From assembly GCA_963667015.2 (NCBI GenBank), contig CAXXJJ010000004.1, positions 3,008,001 to 3,072,000 on the forward strand: 64,000 nt of DNA. Reading direction: 5' to 3'. The translations under genes and the position numbers were made by a program. This document shows positions 1 through 9,895 of the stretch, in pieces; position 1 is the stretch's first letter; each line of letters opens with the position of its first letter. Below the pieces are notes generated by a model. The model ran no database searches and was not told the DNA's origin. It worked only from the letters and a program-made list of their open reading frames with translations. The DNA comes from Desulfatiglandales bacterium (GTDB lineage: Bacteria; Desulfobacterota; DSM-4660; Desulfatiglandales; HGW-15).

Positions 1-798
1 AGGCTGCCTGCGGTAACCCGCAAGGTCAGATGCGGCTATAAGACCAGCATTTACACCCGGGGCAAATAATTCTCTGTACCATGTTGCATGGTCATTTTCT
101 ACCACTGTGCCCGGATCTTTTTTATTTATAATTTTAATCAGACTTTTCTTTACAGCCTGAAAAGCCTGCCAGTAACCACGAGCTGCCAGGGCATCTGCGA
201 ACTCTTTATCTTTGCGGTTTGTTTCCGGGTCCCAGCTCCCTGATCGCACACGGTCAATAAGCTCTTCACTAACACGATAGCCTTCTATAGAAAGCGAATG
301 ATAGGCATCGGTCAGATATATATCATCTAAACACTTAAGATATTTATCGGTGTTTTTGAGTGATGCAGGTGCTTTGGAAAAGTTTTCCAGGACAACTCCA
401 CGCATATCTGCCCAGCCCATCCTTATCCGGCTGACATATGGTGAAAGTTCCCGGCCACTAAAAATAATGGCAGGTTTTTCCTCAAAGGGATCATTTACTG
501 TAATGCTGTATCCGGCAGCTCTCATTGCCTCAACTATATTTTCTGCAATAAGATTTTTGCCAATATTCATGAATGCACCTGCAAGTCTTCCGGCTACTGC
601 GCTGTGTCCGCCATCAAGAAGTTTGTACAAAATCTCAGATGCGTCAGAAATCATAGCCAGCGCAGCCCTTGCTTCTGCAGGGTTATTTGAATAATAACCA
701 GGAGCGCATGAAATGAGTGCAGTCGGAAGGATCATAATATTCAGGTTATCTCTGGTTTCGATATCATTCCTGTCCGGCAGTTTCAGTCGAACGTCCAT
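1..798 (-). CDS. Fic-family protein, partial (runs off the window; possibly 5'-truncated)
   Basis: Not in the ORF track. Manual translation is open from ATG 798 to base 1: MDVRLKLPD...DAYHSLSIEGY...ALAARGYWQAF...WYRELFAPGVNAGLIAASDLAGYR. These motifs are typical of long Fic-domain proteins; the Fic core motif would lie beyond the window edge. Confidence 0.7.
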   Translation of the reverse strand, partial: MDVRLKLPDRNDIETRDNLNIMILPTALISCAPGYYSNNPAEARAALAMISDASEILYKLLDGGHSAVAGRLAGAFMNIGKNLIAENIVEAMRAAGYSITVNDPFEEKPAIIFSGRELSPYVSRIRMGWADMRGVVLENFSKAPASLKNTDKYLKCLDDIYLTDAYHSLSIEGYRVSEELIDRVRSGSWDPETNRKDKEFADALAARGYWQAFQAVKKSLIKIINKKDPGTVVENDHATWYRELFAPGVNAGLIAASDLAGYRRQP

Positions 799-891
799 TA
801 TATCGTGTCAATCAATATTTAGGTTATTAGGTTTTGTTGTTTTTAGGTTTTTACGTTGCAACTCAATAATAATGAGGAGAGAGCAGGATAA

Positions 892-928
892 AAACAGGCT
901 GAAGCGGTTTAGACTATAGACTGTCAGG
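892..928. repeat. CTGAAG-family REP-like repeat, left copy (inverted partner at 1531-1567)
   Basis: AAACAGGCTGAAGCGGTTTAGACTATAGACTGTCAGG matches the reverse complement of 1531-1567 at 29/37 positions. Its 21-nt core recurs identically at 5124-5144. Confidence 0.7.
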
Positions 929-962
929 GAAGACTGAAGCTTTAAAGGTAAGCAAATGAAGC

Positions 963-1221
963 CTATTTATAGACATCACCTCTTGGCCCGATATGATCAA
1001 CATATACAATATCCTCCTTTAAATCATACCAGAAAATAGCCCTCAGTTTTCCTAATCGGATTCTATGATACCCGGCCTACACCATACATTTGTTTTATGC
1101 CGGGATAATTAAGCGGGTTATTTTCCAGTTGTTTTAGTATTTTTTTTATTCGATCTTTTGCTTCCTGGGGTAGACGTTTGAGGTATTTTGCAGCACTACG
1201 ATGGACTATTACTTTTGACAT
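963..1221 (-). pseudogene. RelE/ParE-family toxin, frameshifted
   Basis: MSKVIVHRSAAKYLKRLP...KQMYG, then a frame change near 1075-1080 into AGYHRIRLGKLRAIFWYD...VDHIGPRGDVYK*. The span is 259 nt (not a multiple of 3). The ATG overlaps the antitoxin stop (TAATG). Confidence 0.75.
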
Positions 1222-1418
1222 TATATGGAATCCAGATCCGTGTAGGCGTCTATATTATCACCATCTCTATCCTTTCTCGCTTTACGCAGTTGATTAACCT
1301 CTTCATCATCCAAATCCCAGCCCAGCAGTTCTTCTATTTTTCTGAAGTCGTCTACAGGTATGATTACTTCTTTAGGCTTCCCTTGTTCATCCACGATATA
1401 TTTTTTATTAATATTCAT
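1221..1418 (-). CDS. Type II antitoxin (acidic, 65 aa)
   Basis: YIVDEQGKPKEVIIPVDDFRKIEELL motif; AGGAG RBS; translationally coupled to the RelE-like gene. Confidence 0.7.
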   Translation of the reverse strand: MNINKKYIVDEQGKPKEVIIPVDDFRKIEELLGWDLDDEEVNQLRKARKDRDGDNIDAYTDLDSI

Positions 1419-1530
1419 GATAATATTTCTCCTTGAATATTTTTAAGTTTATTGAAAAACTCTTTTTAAATCAATAAGTAAAAAATTAACATCATTCGGA
1501 CTTAAACTGCTTTCCCTTCAGCCTGATTTT

Positions 1531-1567
1531 CCTAACAGCCCTCAGCCTAAATTGCTTCAGCCTGTTT
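1531..1567. repeat. CTGAAG-family REP-like repeat, inverted copy
   Basis: Reverse complement AAACAGGCTGAAGCAATTTAGGCTGAGGGCTGTTAGG pairs with 892-928 around the TA module. Confidence 0.65.
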
Positions 1568-1622
1568 CTTCTAAGAATTACAGTCACATATAAATTAATT
1601 TTAAAAAAGATGAAAAAATAGA

Positions 1623-1666
1623 TTGACTCAGATTACATATGTGATATCTTAAATCACAATTGTGAT
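1623..1666 (+). promoter_or_regulatory. Promoter with two BlaI/CopY-type operator palindromes
   Basis: TTGACT-N16-TATCTT. Palindromes ATTACATATGTGAT (1632-1645) and ATCACAATTGTGAT (1653-1666) are 21 bp apart and resemble TACA/TGTA boxes. Confidence 0.65.
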
Positions 1667-1686
1667 CTAATTATAAAGGAGAAAAC

Positions 1687-2055
1687 ATGAAGGAGATACC
1701 AAAAATTTCAGAGGCAGAATGGACGGTAATGAGGGCCATATGGAATGAAAACCCCATAACCTCGAACAGGATAATTGAGGTTGTATCCGAATCAACAGAC
1801 TGGAAACCCAAAACCATCAGAACCCTGTTAAACCGGCTGGTGAGCAAGGGGGCTGTCGGGCATGACGGAAAAGGAAGAGAATACAGCTTTTTTCCCCTTA
1901 TAGAGGAATCGACTGCGGTAAAGGCAGAAAGCGAGTCCTTTTTAAAGAGGGTTTTTGATGGAGCTTTAACACCACTAATAACCACGCTTGCCGAGTCAAA
2001 AAAATTATCAAAGAAAGATATAGAAGAATTAAAACGTATCCTTGAAGAAGAATAA
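1687..2055 (+). CDS. BlaI/MecI/CopY-family repressor
   Basis: ISEAEWTVMRAIW...WKPKTIRTLLNRLVSKG...FLKRVFDG signature; AAGGAG RBS. Confidence 0.95.
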   Translation: MKEIPKISEAEWTVMRAIWNENPITSNRIIEVVSESTDWKPKTIRTLLNRLVSKGAVGHDGKGREYSFFPLIEESTAVKAESESFLKRVFDGALTPLITTLAESKKLSKKDIEELKRILEEE

Positions 2056-2064
2056 GGAGTAAAT

Positions 2065-3777
2065 ATGGAAACCTTCCTTTCACATACTTCAGCTTTCTTT
2101 TCATGGTTTATTGATTACTCCATAGATGTGAGCATTTTTATCTGCCTTATATTTATCATCAAGGCGGTTGTTTCAAAACGCCTGCCCGCCTGGTGGCATT
2201 ATGGTCTGTGGGTAGTGTTGCTTGTACGCATGATCATACCATGGAGATATGAAAGAACTGCTCAACTGCCTGAACTTATACATCTGCCTCTGCCCAATAT
2301 CCGGATACTGGATTCCATGATCATGGGAAAAAACACAATGGTGTCTGGCATTGCAAAAGGTGCGTCAGCAAATATCGGAGGATCAGGCATATCCTTTGAT
2401 GAAGTACTGCTTTATACATGGCTTACTGGGGCCGTTCTTTTAGGCCTGTATACCCTTTTCAGGAACATGAGTTTCTGGATAAGGATAAAAGACATCCCGA
2501 TGATTATTGACAGGGAAATTCTTGACCTGCTGGAAGAGTGCAAGGCCGGTATGAAGATCAATACCATTGTGGGTATTGCCATAACAGACCTTGTCAAAAG
2601 CCCTGCCCTGTTCGGCTACCTTCGCCCCAGGCTTCTGCTCCCTGAAGGAGTTCTTGAAAAACTCACAAAATCGGAACTGCGCTATGTTTTCATGCATGAA
2701 CTGGGTCACCTTAAGCGCCATGATAATGGTATGTCCTGGATTATTACCTTGCTCCAGGTTTTTCACTGGTTTAATCCCCTTGTGTGGCTTGCCTTTTACC
2801 AGATGAGGATTGACCAGGAGTCTGCCTGTGATACCTCGGTTTTATCCCGAATCAAAAACAACCAGTCAAAGGATTACGCGGAAAGTATTGTCGGTTTTTT
2901 GGAAAAATTCTGCCAGAACAGCCAGCTTCCTGCAATGGCAGGAATCATTGAAAATAAATCACAGATGAAAAGGAGAATTGCTATGATAGTCAGATATAAA
3001 AAGAATTCTAAAAGGATTACTGCGGCGGCAATAATCATGCTGCTGGCCATGGGTTTTGTCTTTTATACAATTACAGGCTTTGCACAGGAGAATCAGGTTA
3101 ACAGAAATGAGACCGAACTTTCTCACGATGCGCAGGAGGTGTTTGTTAAGGCAAAAATTTTTTTCGATACACAGGATTTTACCAGCGCCAGGGAAACCCT
3201 ACAGGATTACATTGACAATAATCCCGATCAGTTGCCCGCAGAAATCTACCTGTTGCTGGGTTATTGCTGGTATGCTGATTCCAGCCTGGGCAGCGAGAAA
3301 GCCCTTGATAATGCACTGCTTGTTTTTGAAGAGGGATATGAGGCATATCCTGATAATTTTGATCTGTTATCCTACTATGCTGCGGTATTGTATGAAACCG
3401 AATATTTCACAGAAGCTGCACCCATGATGGAAAAGGCTTATGAACTGGATGATAAGAAACAGATCAGATTCCTAGAGGCTGCATGGGGGGCATATTACCA
3501 GGTAAATAATTATGAAGATACAATCCGGGTATTAAAGAAACTGATCAGTGTATCGGATAAGCCAGAAAAAAAATGGCTCCAGGTTCTTTTCAACATATAT
3601 CTTAATGACATGCAGGATAAAGAAAATGCTGAAAAGGTTTTAAATACGGCACTGGAAAAATTTCCTGGAGATGAAACCTTTTTGAATCTTCAAACCAGTT
3701 TTAATGGAGAGGGTGAAGTTGTCAGTATATTTGATTCAAAACCTGCAAACGCGAACAATAACAGCAGCAGACCATAA
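2065..3777 (+). CDS. M56 (BlaR1-type) metallopeptidase with a C-terminal TPR-like extracytoplasmic domain
   Basis: HELGH zinc motif, HWFNPLVW, ESACD; transmembrane segments; helical TPR-like C-terminus. Confidence 0.9.
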   Translation: METFLSHTSAFFSWFIDYSIDVSIFICLIFIIKAVVSKRLPAWWHYGLWVVLLVRMIIPWRYERTAQLPELIHLPLPNIRILDSMIMGKNTMVSGIAKGASANIGGSGISFDEVLLYTWLTGAVLLGLYTLFRNMSFWIRIKDIPMIIDREILDLLEECKAGMKINTIVGIAITDLVKSPALFGYLRPRLLLPEGVLEKLTKSELRYVFMHELGHLKRHDNGMSWIITLLQVFHWFNPLVWLAFYQMRIDQESACDTSVLSRIKNNQSKDYAESIVGFLEKFCQNSQLPAMAGIIENKSQMKRRIAMIVRYKKNSKRITAAAIIMLLAMGFVFYTITGFAQENQVNRNETELSHDAQEVFVKAKIFFDTQDFTSARETLQDYIDNNPDQLPAEIYLLLGYCWYADSSLGSEKALDNALLVFEEGYEAYPDNFDLLSYYAAVLYETEYFTEAAPMMEKAYELDDKKQIRFLEAAWGAYYQVNNYEDTIRVLKKLISVSDKPEKKWLQVLFNIYLNDMQDKENAEKVLNTALEKFPGDETFLNLQTSFNGEGEVVSIFDSKPANANNNSSRP

Positions 3778-3832
3778 ATTTTAATGGTAATAGAGGAATA
3801 TTTATTTCTAAACTGTAGTTTTAATTTATTTA

Positions 3833-3865
3833 AATGCAGAGACCCCGGCCGGGTGTCTCTGCATT
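3833..3865. terminator. Hairpin between convergent genes
   Basis: AATGCAGAGAC...GTCTCTGCATT inverted repeat. Confidence 0.55.
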
Positions 3866-3890
3866 CATTCTGTGGCCGGGAACATCACAA

Positions 3891-4982
3891 TCATTTCTCA
3901 AGAAGATCCTTAACAACCGGATCCAGTGAGGCCATAAATTTTTCAACAGCTTTTGTGTACCTGCCGGGGGTACCCAGCTTGCTGTTAATTGAGCCATGCC
4001 CTTTTCTTTGTTTTAAAACACTCGCTTCAATCCCTAAAGACCTGCTTTTTTCCGCATATTCTTCAGCCTGCTCACAGGGTTTATCAGGACGCATTGTAGA
4101 GCAAACCCCAAGCCATGGCCCTGCCTGTTTATCCAGCTGATGGTATGGAGAGGCTGCTATCCATTCTTTTTCACTGGTGCCGAAGGCTTCTTTATATATA
4201 TTTTTTAAGACATTAACTGCCAGGGGCATTTGTTTCGGAACATTCACTGCGCCACTGTCCAGAGATATCGTTCCAATAACCTTCTCTGCTCCGATACGAT
4301 TACGAAGTTTACTGTCCGCATTTACCAGGGAAACCAGGTGAGCGCCTGCCGAATGCCCCATCATTATAATGCGGTCTGGATCGCCGCCCCATTTTTTTGC
4401 ATTAGCCTGTACATATGCCAGGGCCTTTGCAACACTTTCAGCCTGGGCAACAGCCATGCTCCCATCCGTAATCATGGGATAATTAACAGAGATGAACATA
4501 AACCCTTTAGGCGTCCAGCGGTTGACCTTTTCTTCGGTAACCGAACGCATGTCCTTGTTTCCTATGCACCAACCTCCCCCATGCACCATGAAGATAACTG
4601 GTGCCAATACAGGTCCCGTGTCGCCTGTACTCTTTTTTTTGGTCGGATAAAAGACATCCAGTGTTTCCAGTTCTCCAGGCCCATATGGTATGTTCTCAAT
4701 GTCAGCCCCGGGTCCATACATCTTTTTACTGAGCGAACCACTCATTATTTTTTTAAATGCCTGATCCTTCTCTGCACAACTATTTCCCCCTGTATCCGGA
4801 TCACCCAGAAAATCCAGCAACCCTCCTTCCCTATCAATAGAACTCCTGCGCTCGATAATTTTGCCCTTCAGCCAGCCATCTGCAAAAACATCCGATGCAA
4901 AAAAGGCGGAGGCAGAAAGAAAATAAAAACCGGCCAATATGAAAATAAAAAGGTATTTTCCTTTTTTAGGGATATGCATCAT
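3891..4982 (-). CDS. Secreted alpha/beta hydrolase (esterase/lipase, HSL-like)
   Basis: HGGGW oxyanion motif and GHSAG nucleophile elbow. Signal peptide follows MMHIPKK, so the start was moved from 5096. Confidence 0.88.
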   Translation of the reverse strand: MMHIPKKGKYLFIFILAGFYFLSASAFFASDVFADGWLKGKIIERRSSIDREGGLLDFLGDPDTGGNSCAEKDQAFKKIMSGSLSKKMYGPGADIENIPYGPGELETLDVFYPTKKKSTGDTGPVLAPVIFMVHGGGWCIGNKDMRSVTEEKVNRWTPKGFMFISVNYPMITDGSMAVAQAESVAKALAYVQANAKKWGGDPDRIIMMGHSAGAHLVSLVNADSKLRNRIGAEKVIGTISLDSGAVNVPKQMPLAVNVLKNIYKEAFGTSEKEWIAASPYHQLDKQAGPWLGVCSTMRPDKPCEQAEEYAEKSRSLGIEASVLKQRKGHGSINSKLGTPGRYTKAVEKFMASLDPVVKDLLEK

Positions 4983-5123
4983 TCTTTTCCCTTCATGTAG
5001 ATATAAACATCTATAAGCTAAAACGTTTAATCCGGCTAATGGTTTATAAATAAAATTATCCGAGCAGTATATTTCAGGGAATTCTACAATGAGCAATAAA
5101 CCATTATCAATGAGAAAAGCAGT

Positions 5124-5144
5124 CTGAAGCGGTTTAGACTATAG
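5124..5144. repeat. CTGAAG-family repeat, third copy
   Basis: CTGAAGCGGTTTAGACTATAG is identical to 899-919. Confidence 0.7.
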
Positions 5145-5300
5145 GCTGATAGGAGATGTCAGAAATTAACCATTTTTGTCTGAAGATTCCGATCTCACAG
5201 GTCTGCCAAATGTATTGACGCCGACTGAAACAGCGGATAAGATTTATAATTAAATAACGCAGATGGGCCGCAGCCCTTAACCTTCAACAAATGGTTTATT

Positions 5301-6584
5301 ATGGACAAAAGTAATTTTGATATACAGCAGCTGGGCGAATGCCGTATTCCCTCGCCCATGTCAGGAATGGAATTTGTAAAAAATGACGACAGGGTAGTCT
5401 ATCATTCAAATCCTGCAGATATAATAAAATCGCTTGCCGAAGGAGGAGATCTTCCCTCTTTTGAGATGGCAGGACCGAGAAATAAGATTTATTTTGATCC
5501 TTCAAAACTGAAATGCGGTATTGTCACCTGCGGCGGACTGTGTCCCGGACTCAATAATGTGATACGTGCCATTATCCTGAGCCTTTACCATCATTATGGT
5601 GTTCAGTCGATCTTCGGTTTCCGTTACGGATATGAGGGACTGTCATATAAATACGGTCATGTTCCCATGGAGCTGAAGCCTGATAATGTGAAGGACATTC
5701 ATCAGCAGGGTGGAACAATACTGGGATCATCCCGGGGCCCGCAGGATATTTCGGATATGGTGGATACCCTGGAGCGAATGAATATAGGCATACTCTTTAC
5801 CATCGGAGGAGACGGTACCCTCAGGGGAGCACGGGCGCTTGCCGAAGAGATAGGGCGCCGAAACCTGAAGATTTCTGTAATAGGGGTGCCTAAAACCATA
5901 GATAATGATATATCTCACATCCAGAAATCCTTCGGCTTTGAGACTGCTGTGACCGAATCAAGGACTGCTATTTACTCCGCAAATATGGAGGCAATGGGCG
6001 CCAGAAACGGTATAGGTCTGGTCAAACTCATGGGACGTGAATCGGGATTTATCGCGGCTCACGCGGCTCTTGCATCCAGTGATGTCAATTACTGTCTGGT
6101 ACCGGAGGTTCCCTTTACAATGGAGGCCTTCCTGAAAATCCTTAAGGAGAGACTTGAGCTCAGACACCATGCGGTTATTGTGGCGGCAGAAGGGGCCGGC
6201 CAGGAGCTCATGGAAAAAACCAACCAGCAGGACGCCTCCGGAAATATTCGGCTTGAGGATATCGGTATCTTTTTAAAAGAGAAAATAAAGGAATATTTGA
6301 CCGGGGTCGGTATGCAGTTCAGCCTCAAATATATAGATCCCAGCTACACCATCCGGAGCATGCCCGCAAATCCCAATGATTCTGTATTCTGTCTTCTGCT
6401 TGGACATAATGCCGTTCACGCAGGCCTTGCCGGACGAACCAATATGGTGGTGGGTTTCTGGAACGATCAGTTTACCCATGTGCCTATCTCCATGGCCGTC
6501 TCAGAGCGAAAGCAGATAGATCCGAAGAGCAGGTTATGGAACAATGTGCTGGCAGCTACAGGACAGCCTGTGGAGATGATATAG
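5301..6584 (+). CDS. pfkA: 6-phosphofructokinase, probably ATP-dependent (GGDG + PKTIDND type)
   Basis: TCGGLCPGLN, GGDGT, PKTIDND and MGRESG motifs. Confidence 0.93.
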   Translation: MDKSNFDIQQLGECRIPSPMSGMEFVKNDDRVVYHSNPADIIKSLAEGGDLPSFEMAGPRNKIYFDPSKLKCGIVTCGGLCPGLNNVIRAIILSLYHHYGVQSIFGFRYGYEGLSYKYGHVPMELKPDNVKDIHQQGGTILGSSRGPQDISDMVDTLERMNIGILFTIGGDGTLRGARALAEEIGRRNLKISVIGVPKTIDNDISHIQKSFGFETAVTESRTAIYSANMEAMGARNGIGLVKLMGRESGFIAAHAALASSDVNYCLVPEVPFTMEAFLKILKERLELRHHAVIVAAEGAGQELMEKTNQQDASGNIRLEDIGIFLKEKIKEYLTGVGMQFSLKYIDPSYTIRSMPANPNDSVFCLLLGHNAVHAGLAGRTNMVVGFWNDQFTHVPISMAVSERKQIDPKSRLWNNVLAATGQPVEMI

Positions 6585-6649
6585 TGTGGAAAGCCGAGGA
6601 TACTGATTAATTGGGAAAGCAAGTAAAAACCAGAGGTAGGAAGGCATTG

Positions 6650-7813
6650 TCAATCAGGTAATTGTTCACAATCTCTCCACCCCAGCACCCCTGTCCCTTT
6701 GTGCTGAAAAGATTCATCTCCGGCATAAATAAGTGACGGTTTACCGGCTTTTTCTCCTGCCAGGGCACACCACTTATTGAGACCTGCATATGCTTCATTT
6801 GTCAGTGTACGGCCAGATTTGATCTCAACAGGATATAGCTGAATTCCCTTTTCAATAAGGAGATCAACCTCATTGCCATTACTGTCTCTCCAGAAGAAAA
6901 AAGCAGGTTTCTCACCCCGGTTCATCCTTGATTTGACCAATTCAGAGATGATAAAGGTTTCAAAGATATTGCCGCGTAATGGATGCGTTATCATTTGTTC
7001 GACTGTTCGAATTCCTAAAAGCCATGATACCAATCCGGCATCATAAAAATAAAGCTTTGGCATTTTAACGAGCCGCTTGTTAAAATTCGCATGATGGGGA
7101 CGCAAAAGAAAAACCAGATAACTGGCTTCCAGTACAGATATCCATGACTTAGCGGTGTTGTGAGTTATGCCGCATTCGATTGCAAGGGAGGAAAGATTTA
7201 AAAGCTGCCCCGACCTTCCTGCACACATCCTCACAAAACGCTGAAAAGTTTCCAGGTCCTGGACTTTAAGCATTTGCCTGATATCCCGTTCGACATACGC
7301 CGTTACATATGGGCTGTACCAGTCCGATGGAGACAGGTTGCGGTCATAAATCGGCGGATAGCACCCGGTTAACATCATTGTATCAATATCTTTTGGTAAC
7401 TGTTTTGCATGCGTGAGTTCATGAACAGAAAAAGGGAGTAACTCAACAAAAGCAGTTCGACCTGCAAGAGATTGTGTAATACCTGACATCAGCCCGAATT
7501 GCTGGGACCCTGTTAATATAAACAGACCCATACGCCCATCATTATCCACTGTTGTTTGAAGATATGATAATAGTTCCGGACATCTTTGCACTTCATCGAG
7601 AACAGCTCCATCAGGAAATCTGGCCAGAAAAGAACGTGGATCTTCCAAGGCGGCCTGTCTCAGATCGGGCTCTTCAAGAGAAGCGTATGGATGATTCTTA
7701 AAAACCGCCCTGGCAAGGGTAGTTTTGCCGGACTGACGCGGACCTGTCAGGGTGACAATGGGGAATCCGGTTAAAAGATTTTCAATAATCTTTTTTGCAT
7801 TTCGATTTATCAT
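6650..7813 (-). CDS. AAA+ ATPase with DUF4143 domain
   Basis: Walker A GPRQSGKT, LDEVQ, KLYFYDAG, and a C-terminal EVDL...EIKS nuclease-like motif. Confidence 0.92.
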   Translation of the reverse strand: MINRNAKKIIENLLTGFPIVTLTGPRQSGKTTLARAVFKNHPYASLEEPDLRQAALEDPRSFLARFPDGAVLDEVQRCPELLSYLQTTVDNDGRMGLFILTGSQQFGLMSGITQSLAGRTAFVELLPFSVHELTHAKQLPKDIDTMMLTGCYPPIYDRNLSPSDWYSPYVTAYVERDIRQMLKVQDLETFQRFVRMCAGRSGQLLNLSSLAIECGITHNTAKSWISVLEASYLVFLLRPHHANFNKRLVKMPKLYFYDAGLVSWLLGIRTVEQMITHPLRGNIFETFIISELVKSRMNRGEKPAFFFWRDSNGNEVDLLIEKGIQLYPVEIKSGRTLTNEAYAGLNKWCALAGEKAGKPSLIYAGDESFQHKGTGVLGWRDCEQLPD

Positions 7814-7819
7814 GGCAAA

Positions 7820-7870
7820 AGCCTAGTAACATTTATGTAATTTGTCAATAGCTTTTACATATTGCATAAA
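7820..7870 (-). promoter_or_regulatory. Sigma70 promoter (likely leaderless) with overlapping inverted repeat
   Basis: TTGACA-N17-TAGGCT-N6-ATG. An imperfect IR at 7832-7848 / 7854-7870 overlaps the -35 element. Confidence 0.55.
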
Positions 7871-8300
7871 TACTGTTCCGGGTCGACTCCGGGAAAAACC
7901 TGAAATTATTTTAAACCCGGCCTGCCGGGATCTATCCTCTCAAATGGGCTGACAGCCAAAGCGTGACACGATACCAGAACTCCAAAACTGACGGAATTGC
8001 ATATAAAAGTTTTCAATAATCACATCGGGTTGAGAGATATCAGAGATATCTCAGCTTTTGCAGGATTTAAAAAGAATAAAAATATTGTAGATTCAAGCAT
8101 TTCTGATTTATTATCTATTTAATCATTCTTCATTTGAAAATTACTCATAACTATGACAAAAATTCATTTAATCTAGATGAGAATAAGAACGATATGATTC
8201 TGCCCGCAGTAAAGCTGTGATTTTTGTCGAAAGAACAGGTCATATTTATAAAAATAAAAGGGAGCTGTTATTATAACGTCCCTGAAAATAGAGGATATTT

Positions 8301-9605
8301 ATGAGAAACAATATTGTTCATCCCGGAGCAAAAAATTTAGTATACGAGATACGAGAGATTGTTGCGATCGCGCAAAAGATACAAAAAATGGGTGTACCTG
8401 TCATTTGGGAGAATATCGGTGATCCGGTTGAAAAGGGAGAGAAGGTACCTGATTGGATAAAACAGTATATAATCGGTGCATTATCAGAGAATAAAACATA
8501 TGGATACTCTCCAAGCAAGGGGCTCCTGAATGCGCGGGAATATATTGCATATGAGAGGAATATTGAAGGGGGGATTCAAATCACTCCGGATGACATTCTT
8601 TTCTTTAATGGACTTGGTGATGCTATCTCGATGATTTACAGGAATCTCAATCGAAATACCAGAATTATGGGTCCCAACCCTGCCTATCCAACACATTCGT
8701 CTGCAGAAGCAGCACATGCCGATGCACCTTACATTACATATGCGCTGGACCCATATAATGGGTGGCAGCCTGATCTTGAAGAAATGGAACAGAAGATTAA
8801 GACTCACCCTGAGATCTCCGGCATTCTAATCATCAACCCTGACAATCCCACAGGGTTTGTATATGACGTCCGTATCATGAAACAGATTGTTGACCTTGCA
8901 CGCAAGTACGATCTGTTTATTATCTCGGACGAAATTTATTCCAACCTGACCTATGGCGATATTGAATATAAGAAGCTTGCAGCTATTATTGAGGATGTAC
9001 CGGCAATTGGCATGCGAGGTATCTCAAAGGAGTTCCCATGGCCAGGGGCGCGGTGCGGCTGGATCGAGTTCTATAATAGAGACAAAGACAGGGATTTCAA
9101 TGATTTTACCCAGGCGCTTATTAATTCAAAAATGCTTGAGGTATGTTCAACGACACTGCCCCAGAGCGTGATTCCGGCCATTATGAGTGACCAGCGCTAC
9201 TATCCGTATGTTGAAAAGCGCTGTAAAGAATATAAAAGGCGGGCAGAGATCGCCTGTGACCATTTTTCAGGAATTCCCGAGCTGATCGTGAATGCTCCGC
9301 ATGGAGCGTTTTATATGGCTGTGATATTTAAAGATAGGGTTCTTTCAAATACCCAGTCCCTCTATATTGAAAATGAAAAAGTAAGAAGTTTTGCTGAAGA
9401 TATTATTAAAAAGGAGACGATCCTTGACAGGAGGTTTACATATAACCTGCTTGCTTCAACCGGCATTTGTGTCGTTCCGCTTATGTCCGGTTTTAACTCG
9501 ACATACTACGGGTTTCGATTCACTCTCCTGGAACCTGATGAATCAAAATTCACTGAAAGTATAGAAACAATATGCAGGTCAATAAAAGAATATATTTCTT
9601 CGTAG
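8301..9605 (+). CDS. PLP-dependent class I/II aminotransferase (AlaA-like)
   Basis: NIGDP, INPDNPTG, SDEIY, and GISKEFPWPGARCGW containing the PLP lysine. Confidence 0.9.
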   Translation: MRNNIVHPGAKNLVYEIREIVAIAQKIQKMGVPVIWENIGDPVEKGEKVPDWIKQYIIGALSENKTYGYSPSKGLLNAREYIAYERNIEGGIQITPDDILFFNGLGDAISMIYRNLNRNTRIMGPNPAYPTHSSAEAAHADAPYITYALDPYNGWQPDLEEMEQKIKTHPEISGILIINPDNPTGFVYDVRIMKQIVDLARKYDLFIISDEIYSNLTYGDIEYKKLAAIIEDVPAIGMRGISKEFPWPGARCGWIEFYNRDKDRDFNDFTQALINSKMLEVCSTTLPQSVIPAIMSDQRYYPYVEKRCKEYKRRAEIACDHFSGIPELIVNAPHGAFYMAVIFKDRVLSNTQSLYIENEKVRSFAEDIIKKETILDRRFTYNLLASTGICVVPLMSGFNSTYYGFRFTLLEPDESKFTESIETICRSIKEYISS

Positions 9606-9895
9606 ATGCAGGCATCCTGACACGAATAAGTAACCATAGGAAGTAATCTTTTAAAAAGGAGACAGGCCATAGGAAAAGATATTTTTTTCTTTTTATTGGG
9701 AAGCGCAAGGTCTAATACCCCGCCGCAAGCGACACGGGATGGGCCGGTTTGTATCCTTCACTGACCCTCCCCTTCAGGGGGAACCTGCGGAAACCCCATC
9801 GCAGGCAAATGCGGTATCGCAAACAGAAAGAGTTTAATATATTGATCCCGCTTCGATAATCGGGGTAACCGTGATATTTATTGATCATCCCTGTT

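Noticed and set aside
350..919. Plus-strand ORFs 350-694 and 713-919
   Set aside because: They are shadows of the minus-strand Fic-like gene and the repeat region, with no recognisable motifs.
4230..5000. 256-aa plus-strand ORF
   Set aside because: It is antisense to the alpha/beta hydrolase, which has clear catalytic motifs.
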